From Eledone cirrhosa (Eukaryota): DNA of 64,000 bases. Shown in pieces: positions 15,561-32,739 of the stretch (the first letter of the stretch is position 1; each line of letters begins with the position of its first letter). The translations under genes and the position numbers were made by a program. The DNA lies in the NCBI GenBank assembly GCA_964016885.1, contig OZ024742.1:136276001-136340000 (forward strand), written 5' to 3'. The notes under the pieces were generated by a model. That model did no database searches and had not been told where the DNA came from. It was given only the letters and a program-made list of their open reading frames with translations.

Positions 15561-16535
15561 GCTACAACACTTATGATACAATTATTGCATAAGTAAATTT
15601 CATAAAATACAATAAATATGACAAATCATATATTGCAAGGGTATTTTGAAAGTTATCACTTATTTTGTTACAATGTATATGTGGTCTGCCTATATTTCAA
15701 AAGTTATTGCTGTGCACACCAGGGACCTACTAAAAATATAGATACATACTTATGCAACAATTTCTCATAGCATTTTCATACCATTAGTCAAAGTAGTCAG
15801 AGGTTTTTATGGAAGACCAGCACACACGTGTGTGTGTGTGTGTGTATATATATATATGATGATGACACACACATACACATATATGTATATATATTTAAAA
15901 GAAAGTAAGTTTTTTTTTAATATCCCACATGGCTAAAATGGAAATGAAATTGAAAATGCAACAGGAGTCATTTAAGGATATTTATTTACTTTACCAGTTT
16001 CACAGTTCTTATGATATTCAAAAGTAAAATTGAGATGGAGGGTCTATGTTTCTGTTGTGATGTGTCTTGCATCTAGTTGGTGTTCGAAAATACTTTCTGT
16101 TTTATAAAAAATATGTGGCTCAGATTGCTATTTGTTAAGAATGTAATTTGGTTGGTTGACGACAGTCACGTGATTAGGTACAGTCATTTTTGAGCCAGAA
16201 AAAGTGCTCAAAATTGCTTTTTGCTGTTTTATTTGTTGGTGACAGTCATGTCATTAGGCATAGTGATTTTTGCTCTAATAATGGGTGGTCAGAAAGTGAA
16301 AGAAGAAGAATAATTGGAATGTACTGGTTGAGTAAGTATAGCTGAGGAGTGTCAGATATTAAGAGGTGTCAAAATTCAGAATTCCTATTGTAGTAGACTC
16401 CCAAACAATTGAATGAGCAAGGAATTGGGTTATATGTCTGTGCCCCATGATGATGATGATGATGATGATGATAATACTGACCTAATGGCGGTTTTGATGG
16501 CAGATTAGTAAGAAGAATTTGTGTTTCTGTGTGAA

Positions 16536-16580
<45 letters not shown>

Positions 16581-17634
16581 CACATATACATACACACACA
16601 TATATACATACACACAAGTACATATGTATGCATGTATATGTATAGATACACACACATGATATTGAAAGTTTGTCATTGACTTTTCTAAGTAGTTTTCTAT
16701 TTCTGAATGTATATTGACTCAACACTACTTAGGTATGACATTTTACATTCAGATTTGATAATCTTATAGATTTGTTGTTGTTGTTCTCTTTTACTATTTT
16801 AGATTTTCTTACTATATTATTATTTTTTCTATCTATTTTTTAAAATATTTGTTGTTTTTCATTTCTTTGAGTTAAAATAGAGTAGCAGGTAGTAATGTAT
16901 TCTTTAATTGTGCATCTATCATCAACAGATATATGCACAACTCACTATCTATATGTAAAGTTATGCATCTAAATGTCTCTCTTTCAATGTACACACACAG
17001 ACACACACACGTACTGTGTGCATGTGTTTGTATGTGTGTATTTATAAACATGTATGTATCTGTATGTGTATGTGTGTGTGTCAATTGTACATGGCAGAAA
17101 GAATATATAGATAGAAATATTGTTAAGTTGTTATCATTTGTATTGGATGTGACATTTTTTTTTCGAAAATTATTTACTGTCATGTTAAATACCATTTATT
17201 ATGAAATATCAACTCTGTTACACTAGAAACATGGAATTCTTGTAGAAACGTTGACCTTTCTACAATATATTCCAAATTTTAATTCCTTCACATTTGAGTT
17301 TTTTTTCTAATGGCAAGGAGGAGGCTGTTTATGAGTGTGTTTGTTTTTCTTTTGGTGTGTGCGTGTATGTGCTTATGTGTGTGTTACATGTATGCGTGTA
17401 TGTGTGCATTCCCTTTGAATATGTACGAACATTAAGGTATTAATGTATGCATGTAAGCATTCATAAACAAACACACGTGTGTATATATATATATATATGT
17501 ATATTTTGACAGGTACATTCATATATATACACATACAAATATCTATCTATCTATCTATCTGTATGTGAGTGTAAATATAGATATATATGGAAAAAAAATG
17601 TATATATATATATATGCAAATATATATATATATG

Positions 17635-17670
<36 letters not shown>

Positions 17671-17960
17671 AATCTATATATGTATATATATGCAAATATA
17701 TATGTATATATATATGCAATATATATATTTATAAAAATAACAGATTAAAGTTTAAGCAAAGAATCGGTGATTTCACCCTTAACGTGATCTTCTGAAACTT
17801 AGTTTCAGAAGATCCCATTAAAGGTGAAAGCAGCGATTCTTGGCTTAAACTTTCTGTTATTTTAATAAATATTTGCTCTACAGTTCTTATATATTTGATA
17901 TATATTTATACTTATCGAGACCTCTTTGGATTTTAGTCTTCAAATTTATTATTATTACTA

Positions 17961-17997
<37 letters not shown>

Positions 17998-18000
17998 ATA

Positions 18001-18350
18001 TGTGGAGGCACATGGCTTAGTGGTTAGAGCATTGGGCTTGCAATCGAAAGGTTGTGAGTTCAATTCTCAGACCGGGTGATGTGTTTCCTTGAGCAAGACA
18101 CTTTATTTCACATTGCTCCAGTTAACTCAGCTGCAGAAATGAGATGATAGGGACTGGGTTCCCTATCATTCCACTGCAAAGTGGTCGTGTAGGTGCCACG
18201 GCAAAAAAGCACCCAGCACTCACTGTAAATCAGGTTGGTGTTAGGAAGGGCATCCAGCTGTAGAAATCAAGCCAGAATCAGTTCCCCTCCCACCCTTGCA
18301 AGCAGGGAAAACAGCGGATGTAAAGTGATGATGATGATGATGATGATGAT
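18001..18350 (+). mobile_element. SINE family A (tRNA-derived head, CORE-like middle, RTE-derived 3' end, (GAT)n tail)
   Basis: A box TGGCTTAGTGG, B box GAGTTCAATTC, CORE-like CCTTGAGCAAGACACTT. The 3' end shares GGTTGGTGTTAGGAAGGGCATCCAGCTGTAGAAA with the RTE LINE. Confidence 0.85.
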
Positions 18351-18353
18351 ATG

Positions 18354-18388
<35 letters not shown>

Positions 18389-18408
18389 ATATATATATAT
18401 ATATATGT

Positions 18409-18440
<32 letters not shown>

Positions 18441-18528
18441 TATATATATAAAAATATATATATATATATATAAAAATATATATATATATATATAAAAATA
18501 TATATATATATATAAATATATATATATA

Positions 18529-18602
<74 letters not shown>

Positions 18603-18749
18603 TTTTTAATAGAAATACTATTAAAATTTCTTACTCTACGACTCCTAACCTTGCACATAACATCACAGCTTCAAATTTAGCTAAACTACCTCGCCGTAGG
18701 AACACGTGCAACCCTGTAGTTAGTACTAACTGTAATTGTAGGAATCGGG

Positions 18750-19154
18750 TTGAAATGCCTCTCTAGTAACATTGTCTGCAAATGTAAGGTCGAAACACCC
18801 ACGTCGAGTAGGGCCTACATAGGGTTAACCGCCAATAGATTCAAGCAGCGTCTTTACATGCATACCCATTCTTTTCGTTACCCTCTAAGAAGGAATATGA
18901 CGTCACTTTCAGCTTATATCTGGAGTCTAAAAGACAACCACACCCAATATAAGTTACACTGGGAGATCCTAGCTAGGGCTAGATCGTATAACGGAAATAA
19001 AAGACCATGTGACCTCTGCGCCGCTGAGGCCTTGGAAATACTCTACGCCACAGACCACATCTTAAACAAAAAATCTGAGGCAATTTCGGCTTGTAAACAT
19101 AAATTGCACAAAACTTTCCTGTATTACAGCGCCACGTTATACCCTAACGGATAG
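18750..19154 (+). pseudogene. Penelope-type GIY-YIG endonuclease C-terminal fragment
   Basis: NIVCKC..AYIGLTANRFKQRLYMH..SF...TSLSAYIWSLKD...WEIL...CDLC..E...LNKKSE...CKH is typical of PLE endonucleases. The RT portion is absent. Confidence 0.85.
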
Positions 19155-20086
19155 GACGATCGATACGTGGATATTTTACGTCTTGATGTGGGAGCTAAGT
19201 ATATGTTTTGTTTATACCATTACTTATTTGCATAGGTAAGTATATATTACCCGTATGTTTTGTGAAGGTACGTATACCTTCTCGTACGTATATTTGATTG
19301 TTTATGTTATGGCGTATAATTTTATATATTCTGGTACGTAAGGTTTGGCTATGTGTATACGGGAGTTTCGCGTCTGTATGAGTATGCAGGTTCGTACGTA
19401 TGTAGGGTGTGTGTATATGTGTACTTCATGTTTTGGTTGACTTACGTCTCCGAACATTCGTGTATTTACATGTAGGTGTGTGTGCGCGCTTGTTATATAC
19501 GTATTTATTTATTTATTTATATACGTTTATATAATTATTTATTTATTTGTATACACGCATACACACACACACATATTTATATGTGCGTCGTTTTGTATAC
19601 CTATGGTAAGTGTTTTGCGTATGCTTGTGTATGTACGTATTTGTTTGGGTGTATGTATTTATTTATTTCTATTACTTCTGTATTGTATTTATTTACTTTG
19701 TTCTTAACTCTGTAGCGGAGATTCATTCGGTCTCCGAGTTAGAACTTTAGTCTACGACTTCTGCTATACCATTTATGTGGTTTTGTCTTTGCGTGCTATT
19801 GTTCTCCACGCTCCACATATGACGTATCATCTTGTTTTTTTTCGTTCATTGCCAGAGAACGTCTCTATGAACCACCTAAGAGAACATTAGTCTACGACCT
19901 CTTTTATACCATAAACGTGGTTCTGTCTTTGCGCGTAATTGTTTTTCATTAATGACGTATTATATTCGTTTTTTCCCGTTCTCTGCCAGCGAACGTTACC
20001 ACGAACCAAAGTATCGTCTTCCTGTCTTCCTCCGGCTGCAACGATTTTTTAAATATCCACTTCTGCGTTTACAGATTGACTTTGTT

Positions 20087-20137
20087 AGTTTCAGAAGATC
20101 CCGTTAAGGGTGAAAGCAGCGATTCTTTGCTTAAACT
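20087..20137 (+). ncRNA. Type I hammerhead-like motif (variant core CAGAAGA) in PLE pLTR; also at 17801-17851 (+) and its mirror (-)
   Basis: AGUUU-CAGAAGA-U CCC GUUAA GGG U-GAAA GCA gcgauucuu UGC UU^-AAACU. All three helices pair; position 4 is A instead of U. Confidence 0.55.
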
Positions 20138-20477
20138 TTAATCTGTTATTTTAATAAATATTTGCTCTACGGTTCTTATATATTTGATTAATATTTATCC
20201 TTATCGAGCCCTCTTTGGATTTTAGTCTTCTAATTTATTATTATTACTATATATATATATATATATTTAAATGTAAGTATGTGTACCTGTATGCATATGT
20301 ATGTATATATGTATATATATATATATGTGTGCATGCTACTGTACGTCTGTATACATATATGTATGTACGTATACATGCATACTTACATTTAAGTAAGTGC
20401 CATACTAAGAGTGAGAAATGAAATTTCGTTTTCATTTTGTTTCAATTTATATATATATTTATATATATATATATGTG

Positions 20478-20520
<43 letters not shown>

Positions 20521-20666
20521 ATATGTATATATATATATTTATAATTCTTCGGCTCTGTTTAATTACATTCAGCTAGATCTTATACTGTCATTTCTATAAT
20601 ATGAAGAGGGTGTTTAACTACAACACACTCTAGTATTTTAATTCTTATATATATATATATATATAT

Positions 20667-21236
20667 CTCGAGAGAAGGCTACGTTGGTATGGTCACATGA
20701 TGTGCTTGAAAGACGACAGCTGTATAAAAAAGTGCAGGGCAATAAAGATAGACGGTAGCCACGGAGTAGGCAGACACAGAAAAACCTGGGACGACTTGAT
20801 AAATTCCGACCTCACACACTTACACCTCTCCACGACAATGTCACCGCCTTACCTAAATACAAGGTAAAACCTACTACAGTCAGTAGACAGCTCTAACAAA
20901 ATACACCCCCGTCCCACCACCCCCACTCCATCCACACCACCCCTTTCAATGTAAAGTTATGTTGGTGCCACAACATCCAGGCCGAAACAAATTAGGTCGT
21001 GTAGGTGTTACGACAAAAAAACACAGTCCACGCTGAAATGTGGCCGTGTAGGTAACACGGTAAAAACCTCCCTGTCCCACACTGTAAATGTGGTTGGTGT
21101 TAGGAAGGGCATCCAGCTGTAGAAAACCCGCCAAACAGTCCTATGCGAGCAAGACAACCACTCTTGCCTCAAGTGGAAAAACTCCCGTCCAAACCCATGC
21201 AAGCATGGAATATGAACGTTAAACGATGATGATGAT
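20667..21236 (+). mobile_element. RTE LINE (PHD family), 5'-truncated copy
   Basis: LERRLRWYGH.. plus a 3' UTR and (GAT)4 tail similar to 44030-44627; (TA)n on both sides. Confidence 0.9.
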
Positions 21237-25100
<3,864 letters not shown>

Positions 25101-25399
25101 TGTACGTATATGTGTTTGTGTGTGTGTATATATATATATATATGTGTGTGTGCGGAGAGAGAATATTATTTTATATCATTAAGGATGACAGCTAGTTGTA
25201 CCCTCCACCTATTTATAAGCTCAAATTATAAGTAACTGTCATTGTTAATGACATAAAATATTTTTGTTTGAAGCATTTTGTATGAAGTCCTAAATAAGTT
25301 AATATTCTACTAAGGCATAACAACATGTATATATGGAACACAACAGCAACATATGTATATATGGAACACAACAGCAACATTGCTTGCTCCCTCTCACTC

Positions 25400-25433
<34 letters not shown>

Positions 25434-25443
25434 CTCACTCACA

Positions 25444-25514
<71 letters not shown>

Positions 25515-25599
25515 TATATATATAATTTCAACTTCTCAAATTATTCGAGCTGTTGAATCTGAAAGCAAATAAAAATATGCATACAAACACATACAAATA

Positions 25600-25686
<87 letters not shown>

Positions 25687-25712
25687 ATCCTCATGTGTGT
25701 GTGTGTGTGTGT
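25400..25712. repeat. (CT)n and (CA)n microsatellites
   Basis: Direct read. Confidence 0.95.
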
Positions 25713-27255
25713 TATATTCTGCTACTAGTTTCTGCCAGTCGACTACCTCCATGCCAGATCACTGTCTTCAAGTTCTAGTTGAGACCACAACAATTAGATC
25801 TTAGAACAGTATAATTGATTTGGATATGAATAAAAAATATGTATATATTTGCTATTCTAAAGCAACTACTATTTTGTAATTTATTGTGAGAAGATTAAGC
25901 AATGTGTAGATGGAATAAAATATGCAGATATAAACTATATATGAATACAAATGCATGTATATAGATAAAAGTGCTAAGTTTGTAATCAAGGAAGATAATA
26001 CATTAGTTTAATAATCTTTCATTACCATAAATTTAGTAGCAGACATTTTTTATAATAAACAAGAGATTTTTTAATATAACTAATTTACCCATAATTAAGT
26101 TGTTATTTTTTAAATAAGTTAATAAAGTGTTTTTATGTAAAATTATTATGAAAGATGTAAAAAAAAAAAAAAAATTAGCAGAGAATCAAATTGAATCAGA
26201 TGTGGTTTCAGGTGTTTTGAAAAGAGAATTTTTAAAGGGAGGACGTTAAAAAAGTGAATTTTTCAGAATGATGACAAGTAACATAACCAAACTGGCTTTA
26301 AATTAATTTCTAAACATTCATGTACAAAGCAATTTTCAGTTTTAATATTAGATAATAGAGGCATCAATTGGCAGTATTGGTAGTACATTGACATAGTTTC
26401 AGCCCTAAATGTTCTAAATTTAGATCTTGCTATGGTTATCTTTACCTTTCATCCTTATGGGGTCAATAAAATAAAGCACCAGTAATGCTCTGAGGTCAGT
26501 TTTATCGACTTCTCGCTCCCCCCAAATTTCTTGGCCATATGCCTAAATCAGAAATCTTTATTAGATAATTGGTACATGTAATTGTGTTTAGAATTCAAAT
26601 CAAGGTAAGATCTCATTTAGTTCTCCAGAATTCTAGAAGAAAATAAACTCTATTATATTTAGACAATTGGTGATTCAGATTTTGCATGTTGTACCTGCAT
26701 AGAAAGGTTTGGTTAAAACAATGGTACCAATTGTGTTTAACTGAAGAACTGCATAACTTGTATTGTTGTTTTTTTTTGTGCATTGTGTATGCATATATGT
26801 ATATATATATATATATATACCTGTGTATATAGTTGTGTGTGTGTATAGATAAATATATACACATGTGTAAGTTTATACGTATAAAGATAAACATGTATAC
26901 AAGCAGGCACTTAGCCATACAATAATACATTGACATATGAAAATAAATTAGAAAAATGTGAAAATTAGAAACCTTTCCCAATAGTTTTGGCTAGCTTCCC
27001 ACTCACTAACCCATTAGAGTTTTCATCTGGAAGATAAATTTGGAATTGTAAATTTTGTCTACTTGTTATATTTATATATATCAATTTTTTAGTATTTAAA
27101 AAAATATATCCTGTGTTTGTTCTTCAATTCTTATCTGCTGCTATTTTGATTAGCTGTCATGCACCCATGAAAATGTTCACTGTAATAAAGCTGTCATTGA
27201 AAGATGGCAAGAATTCTCAGTGGTGGTCTGAAGTTGTCCATCCAAGACATTGTGC

Positions 27256-27307
<52 letters not shown>

Positions 27308-27308
27308 C

Positions 27309-27340
<32 letters not shown>

Positions 27341-27421
27341 GTGTGTGTGTATGTATATATATATATATACATACACACACATATATATATATGCATGTGT
27401 ATGTATATATATGTATGCCTA

Positions 27422-27455
<34 letters not shown>

Positions 27456-27494
27456 CATATGTATATATATATATATACACGTATATACACATAT

Positions 27495-27570
<76 letters not shown>

Positions 27571-28156
27571 CACACATACACATATTCAAAGTCTGTCTAT
27601 CTCTTTATGTATCAATCAGTTTGTGAACGTGTGTATCCAAGATATAGACAGGAGAATATTCCTTGCCAACATTGCTCATCAACATTCTTCCATATGACAC
27701 TAAACTTGATGAAAGCAGCTCTTCTCAAGTTTACTACTACTACTACCACCCCCACTATCCAACAACAATATGAATTAAGAATATTTTGTTTTTATCTTCT
27801 TGTTATTCCACCACCCTAGTATTAGAACAATAATTTTGTTCTGTGGTAAACATGATATCACCTCTCGTCCTACCCCATCTAACTGCTGCCAAATTAAACT
27901 GTAATGGGCAGCTGTAAACCCGGAAGTGCAATCTATATTTGCCAGCTTTCACAGCATTTTGCTCCTTGCAGTTGTATTATTTAAACTACATGTACTACTG
28001 TCTTTCATTTCTGCTGTTTTTGTTCCTCAGTATGCTGCTGCTGTTTTTTCTTGCTGTCATTCTTGTTAATGTTTGAAACATGATAGTTAAGTGTAGGCAA
28101 GTATATATTGAATCTATAGGTTCTGAGTTTGTATTGCAGCACATTTGAGTAACATC

Positions 28157-28218
<62 letters not shown>

Positions 28219-28534
28219 ATACACATTAGAATACTGATACATATAGGCCCAGTTGGCCCATTGCTCACTCAATGAGGTATAAGATTTGAACAATGGAAAC
28301 AACAAAACTATACCTCAGTGCAAACAATATTATTTGTTATGGGGATGACTACACATGGCTGGTAAATTGCATATATATATTGTCATTCCATGTTGTTTCA
28401 CAGTCTGGCATCAGTTGCATGTAGTGATGTATTCTTAGACTAACTATAAAATGTCAGATAATCATACAATCCATTTTGGCATGTTTTCCATGGCTGGATG
28501 CCTTTCCTAATGCAAAATCATGTACACGCACATA

Positions 28535-28574
<40 letters not shown>

Positions 28575-28579
<5 letters not shown>

Positions 28580-29728
28580 GTGCATAAAAGAAGTAGTGGG
28601 ATCAAAGGAAAAAGATGTATATATATATATGGGTGCATAAAAGATGTAGTGGGATCACAGGTAAGCTAACTAAGAATATAGATTTCATATGTGGCCGGTG
28701 CTCAGGTGCAATAAGTAGCAGCAAATGCCCACAGAATACTAGCTCATTCCATTGCCCAGATGGTTCTATAGAAATAGTGGACACCTTCCCTTACGTGGAT
28801 GACAAAATCAGCAGTGGTGGAGGGTGCTCCGAAAGTACAGTAGTTAGAGTCAGAACGGGATGGAAAAAGTTCAGAGAGCTTATACCACTATTGGCTGCTA
28901 AAGGTTTCTCTCTAAAAATGAAAGGCAGGCTGTATGATGCCAGCATATGAACAGTGATGTTACACGGCAGTGAGACATGGTCCTTATGTGCAGAGGATCT
29001 ACGCAGACTGGAGAGGAATGAAGCTTGCATGCTCCGTTGGATGTGTAATAGTAATATACACGAACGGCAAAGCATAAATGAACTAAGTGAGAAATTAGGA
29101 ATAAGAGGGATCAGATGCTGTTTACTCGAGAGAAGACTACGTTGGTATGGTCACGTGATGTGCATGGAAGATGACAGCTGTATAAAAAAGTGCAGGGCGA
29201 TCAAAATAGACGGTAGTTACGGAGTAGACAGACCCAGAAAAACCTGGGATGACTTGATAAATTCCGACCTCACACACTTACACCTCTCCAAGACAATGTC
29301 ACTGGACCAAGATCTTTGGTGCTACGCAGTAATACAGAAGACTCGCCTTGCCTAAGTACAAAGTGAAACCTACAGTCAGTAGGCACCTCTTAACCAAAAT
29401 ACACCCCCGTCCCACTACCCCTACCCCACCCCCATCTGCACCACCCCTTTCGATGTAAAGTTATGTTGGTACCACAACATCCAGTCCTAAATAAATGAGG
29501 TCGTGTAGGGGACACAGTCCACGCTGTAATTTGGCCGTGTAGGTAACACGGTAAAAACCTCCCAGTCCACACTGTAAACATGGTTGGTGTTAGGAAGGGC
29601 ATCCAGCCGTAGAAAACCCGCCAGACAGTCCTGACTAAGACAACCAATCTTGCCTCAAGTGGGACAATTCCCGTCCAGACCCATGCTATCGTGGAAGATG
29701 GACGTTAAACGATGATGATAATAATGAT
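28575..29728 (+). mobile_element. RTE LINE (PHD family), 5'-truncated copy with an in-frame stop
   Basis: ORFs 28615-28950 and 28954-29355 are highly similar to 43336-44271. Has the 3' UTR and GAT tail, with (TA)n flanks. Confidence 0.92.
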
Positions 29729-30509
29729 ATATATATATATATCAACTTCATCTATTTTTCTGCACTTTCATGGGTAAGACGGATTATCTCGTGCGACAAG
29801 TCAAGTCTGGAGACCATGTTTTGCTCATTTTGGCTTGATTTCTACAGCCTGGATGCTTGTCTTAATGTCAAATACATACATACACACACATATATATATG
29901 TATATGTAATAAAAATGACAAACACAGAGATACAAAAACAGTTACTGATATTCATGCTTTGGATGAAAGAGAGGAAAGAAGTTTAACATATCAGATATTA
30001 GTCCATCATCAGAAAAGTAAAATAATTGATAGATTAGAAAATAGAAAAAGGGGGACATGTGAATGTGTGTTTGTGTGTGTGTGTATATATATATATATAA
30101 TGTCTCTGGAAATATATGTATTATGCATATATGTACTTGTGACTGGTTTTATGTATGCATGCAATTGTAAAGATTTGAAAAGACACAAGTGTTTGTTTTT
30201 AATAAATGATACTGTCCATATTTATATCGGTGTATGTGTGAATTTGTCTATTATTGCTTACATATACATTTATCTTTGTAGTTACAATGTATTGTACTGA
30301 ATGAGATTTAATAGTTTCCTTTGTTAATATCTAGGACCAAACATTCATGTAAAACATGTAGTCATATATAAGCACATGTTAACACAGATGTATGATTCGA
30401 TACACACGCACTTTCATACATATACATATTCCTGTTTAACATTCATTGCTTTAATGCATATATATTAATCAATATTGCTATCAATACTTAACAAACTTGC
30501 TGATATATG

Positions 30510-31453
30510 TGAATCTCTGTATGTTATCTCTTTCTCTTAATTTTGAGTATATTTTTGACCGGCCACCTTCCTGGTGGCAAGGTTGTAAAAGAAAAGAAAT
30601 TGTCATCCCTTGAATTGCAAGAATGTTTTGCAAATTTTGAAGGTGCCAGCTATCGCAGCCATTTGTAGACTATGAATTAGGGAGCTGCGCTCTTTGTCCG
30701 CAAATCCAAGTTCAGTTACACATTGGTCCAAGCGGGTTGGTATATAACCCGTAGCTTCAATAATGATGGGTATGAAGCTAAAGGTGTATCTTGGATACTG
30801 AATTTGTAAACTCCTCATCAATGGTCCGTAGATGTCCTCCTTCTGTATTTTTCTGATGTTTACATCAAGTGGACAGCTGATCTCCACAACAGAACACAGT
30901 TTCAATGTGTGGTCCCAAACAACAACATCAGGCCAGTTGTGCTTTAATTTGGTGGCAGTTTTTATTTTCAGGTTCCACCAGTATTCCTTAGTGCCATCTG
31001 TCTCAATATATTCTTCCTCGTTTGTTTTTAATTTTGTTTTCCGAAGTGCGTTCCTGATAGTTCTAGCTATCCCATCGTGTCTCATGGGGAGGTAGTAGCG
31101 AGATGACATTCTTCGCAGCTGGCAACAATGTGGCTTACATCTTCGATCTTTGTTTTACATAGCCTGCATTCATTGTCAGCTGATGGCCCTCCTCGTTTGT
31201 GCAGCAGATATTTGGTAGGGAGTTCTTGTTCCTGTATTGCATAGAGATATCCCTCAAGGTGTGATGTCATAAACTTGTTGAAACTCCATGCCAGGGTTTT
31301 TGAGTGGTTTATCCCCTCTATGGTCTGTGTTTTACATCTCAAGTATCCATGCACAACTTTTTCTGTAAACTGGTCAATTTTTTCATCTTGTTTGAACATT
31401 GAATAGGATCTTCCGATTTCTCTGGGTGAGAGATTTATATCAGGCGTTATTCC

Positions 31454-31456
<3 letters not shown>
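30510..31456 (-). mobile_element. R4/Dong-like non-LTR retrotransposon 3' fragment (CCHC knuckle plus restriction-like endonuclease)
   Basis: EGYLYAIQEQELPT...CRLCKTKIEDVSHIVASC, then a frameshift near 31110, then RHDGIAR...KHNWPDVVVWD....CSVVEISCPLD. Confidence 0.85.
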
Positions 31457-31484
<28 letters not shown>

Positions 31485-31487
31485 TAT

Positions 31488-32088
31488 GTCAGGTCACCAG
31501 TTGGTGCTACTGGTAACATGTATCCCAGTACAACCTGTTTCATGGTCGGGTCATTGGCAACTAAACTGGCAACCCCACCAAGGTTTCTTGGTGAGGAGGG
31601 TGACTTTGGACATCCTGCAGGACTAAAAACAAAACCTGTCAAAGGGCAGGAGCTCTTAAGAGTCAATGGCCATCGAAAATCACTGGGAGAGATGACCCCT
31701 TAGCCTTTGTCAAGGCAGAATTCTAGAAGGAAAACTCTGATATAACACCTGCAACTCAGATGGTATCCAATGATGTTGACTTGTTCTTCTTTTTGGTAAA
31801 TATCATCTTGGTTAAGAGAGTGGGACTGGCTTTGTGCAGTGCCTTTGCTCACTATAAAAGCTTCACGGCACAGGCATTGCTTTATATCTAGAGATCTCTC
31901 TGCACTTGTCGTCACATGGTACCATGGGCCCTGCACTGTGTGTCAATAATTGTCACAAGTGTAGTGTTTGTACCAGAGTTTTCAAGTCGCTGGCTGGACT
32001 AAAAAGTCACACTTGTTCAGCGTATCGGGGGTTCTCCTACATGGATATAAAGTAGTGGCCGTACTCGAAAACGAGTTGGCAGCCACCA
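31488..32088 (+). mobile_element. ~600-bp non-autonomous element, likely RTE-derived (5'-UTR-like head plus C2H2-finger 3' end)
   Basis: A second copy at 52846-53450 has the same ends; microsatellite flanks; HKCSVCTRVFKSLAGLKSH near the 3' end. Confidence 0.7.
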
Positions 32089-32198
32089 TGTATGTATGTA
32101 TGTATGTATGTATGTATCCATGTATATTTATACACACACACACATACACACACACATATACACATATATTATATCTATATTATATATATATATATAAT

Positions 32199-32388
32199 AG
32201 GGCGGTGGATTGGCAGTATCGGCAGAGGGTTTGACGCCATGCTTTCCAGCATAGTTATGTCCCTTTACGATCTGAGTTCAAATCCCGCCGAGGTTGACTT
32301 TGCCTTTCATCCTTACGGGGTCGATAAAATAAAGTACCAGTAATGCACTGGGTATTTGCTGGCTTTGTGCCTAAAGTAGAAACAATTA
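32199..32388 (+). mobile_element. SINE family B, near-full copy (Nin/Deu-like domain)
   Basis: B-box-like GAGTTCAAATCCC followed by GACTTTGCCTTTCATCCTTACGGGGTCGATAAAATAAAGTACC. Older copies near 2970, 4520, 9160, 12240, 26360, 38380. Confidence 0.85.
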
Positions 32389-32739
32389 TATATATATATA
32401 TGTCATATGCATATGTGTGTATATATGTATATTTATGTCTGTGTAAGTCCTGATTTGATCAATATCTCAATATCTAGAAATATTTGCCTACCGATTATGT
32501 ATATGTATGTGAGAATGGGTGTGTACATATGAAATAATAACTCTATGTAACTCGTAACCAATTGGAAACGAAGTTGATGGCCCACATCAAACTGAATAGA
32601 GAATCAAGCTACAACTTCTAAACAACCATTCACATTCATGTCCATACATTCTGATCCACTTTCATTTCTTTTTTAAGTCAAACTGTTTAATCAGAAGGCT
32701 TAAATTTATTGTTGTTGTTCTTTGCCCTCTTATTTCTGG

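Larger units (their letters stand above)
17735..20250 (+). mobile_element. Penelope-like element: GIY-YIG 3' fragment with direct pseudo-LTRs (~17800-17960, ~20086-20250) and an inverted 5' pLTR piece (17735-17799)
   Basis: Two ~160-bp direct repeats, an imperfect hairpin centred at about 17799-17800, and a GIY-YIG ORF between them. Interrupted by a SINE and (TA)n. Confidence 0.8.

Noticed and set aside
15985-16025. Possible decayed minus-strand hammerhead (UUGAAUA...GAAACUGGUA); similar CGAAACCAGU near 46260
   Set aside because: The core and helices are too degenerate to support a call.
18001-18075. tRNA gene
   Set aside because: A and B boxes are present, but there is no complete cloverleaf and the sequence continues into a SINE body in all copies.
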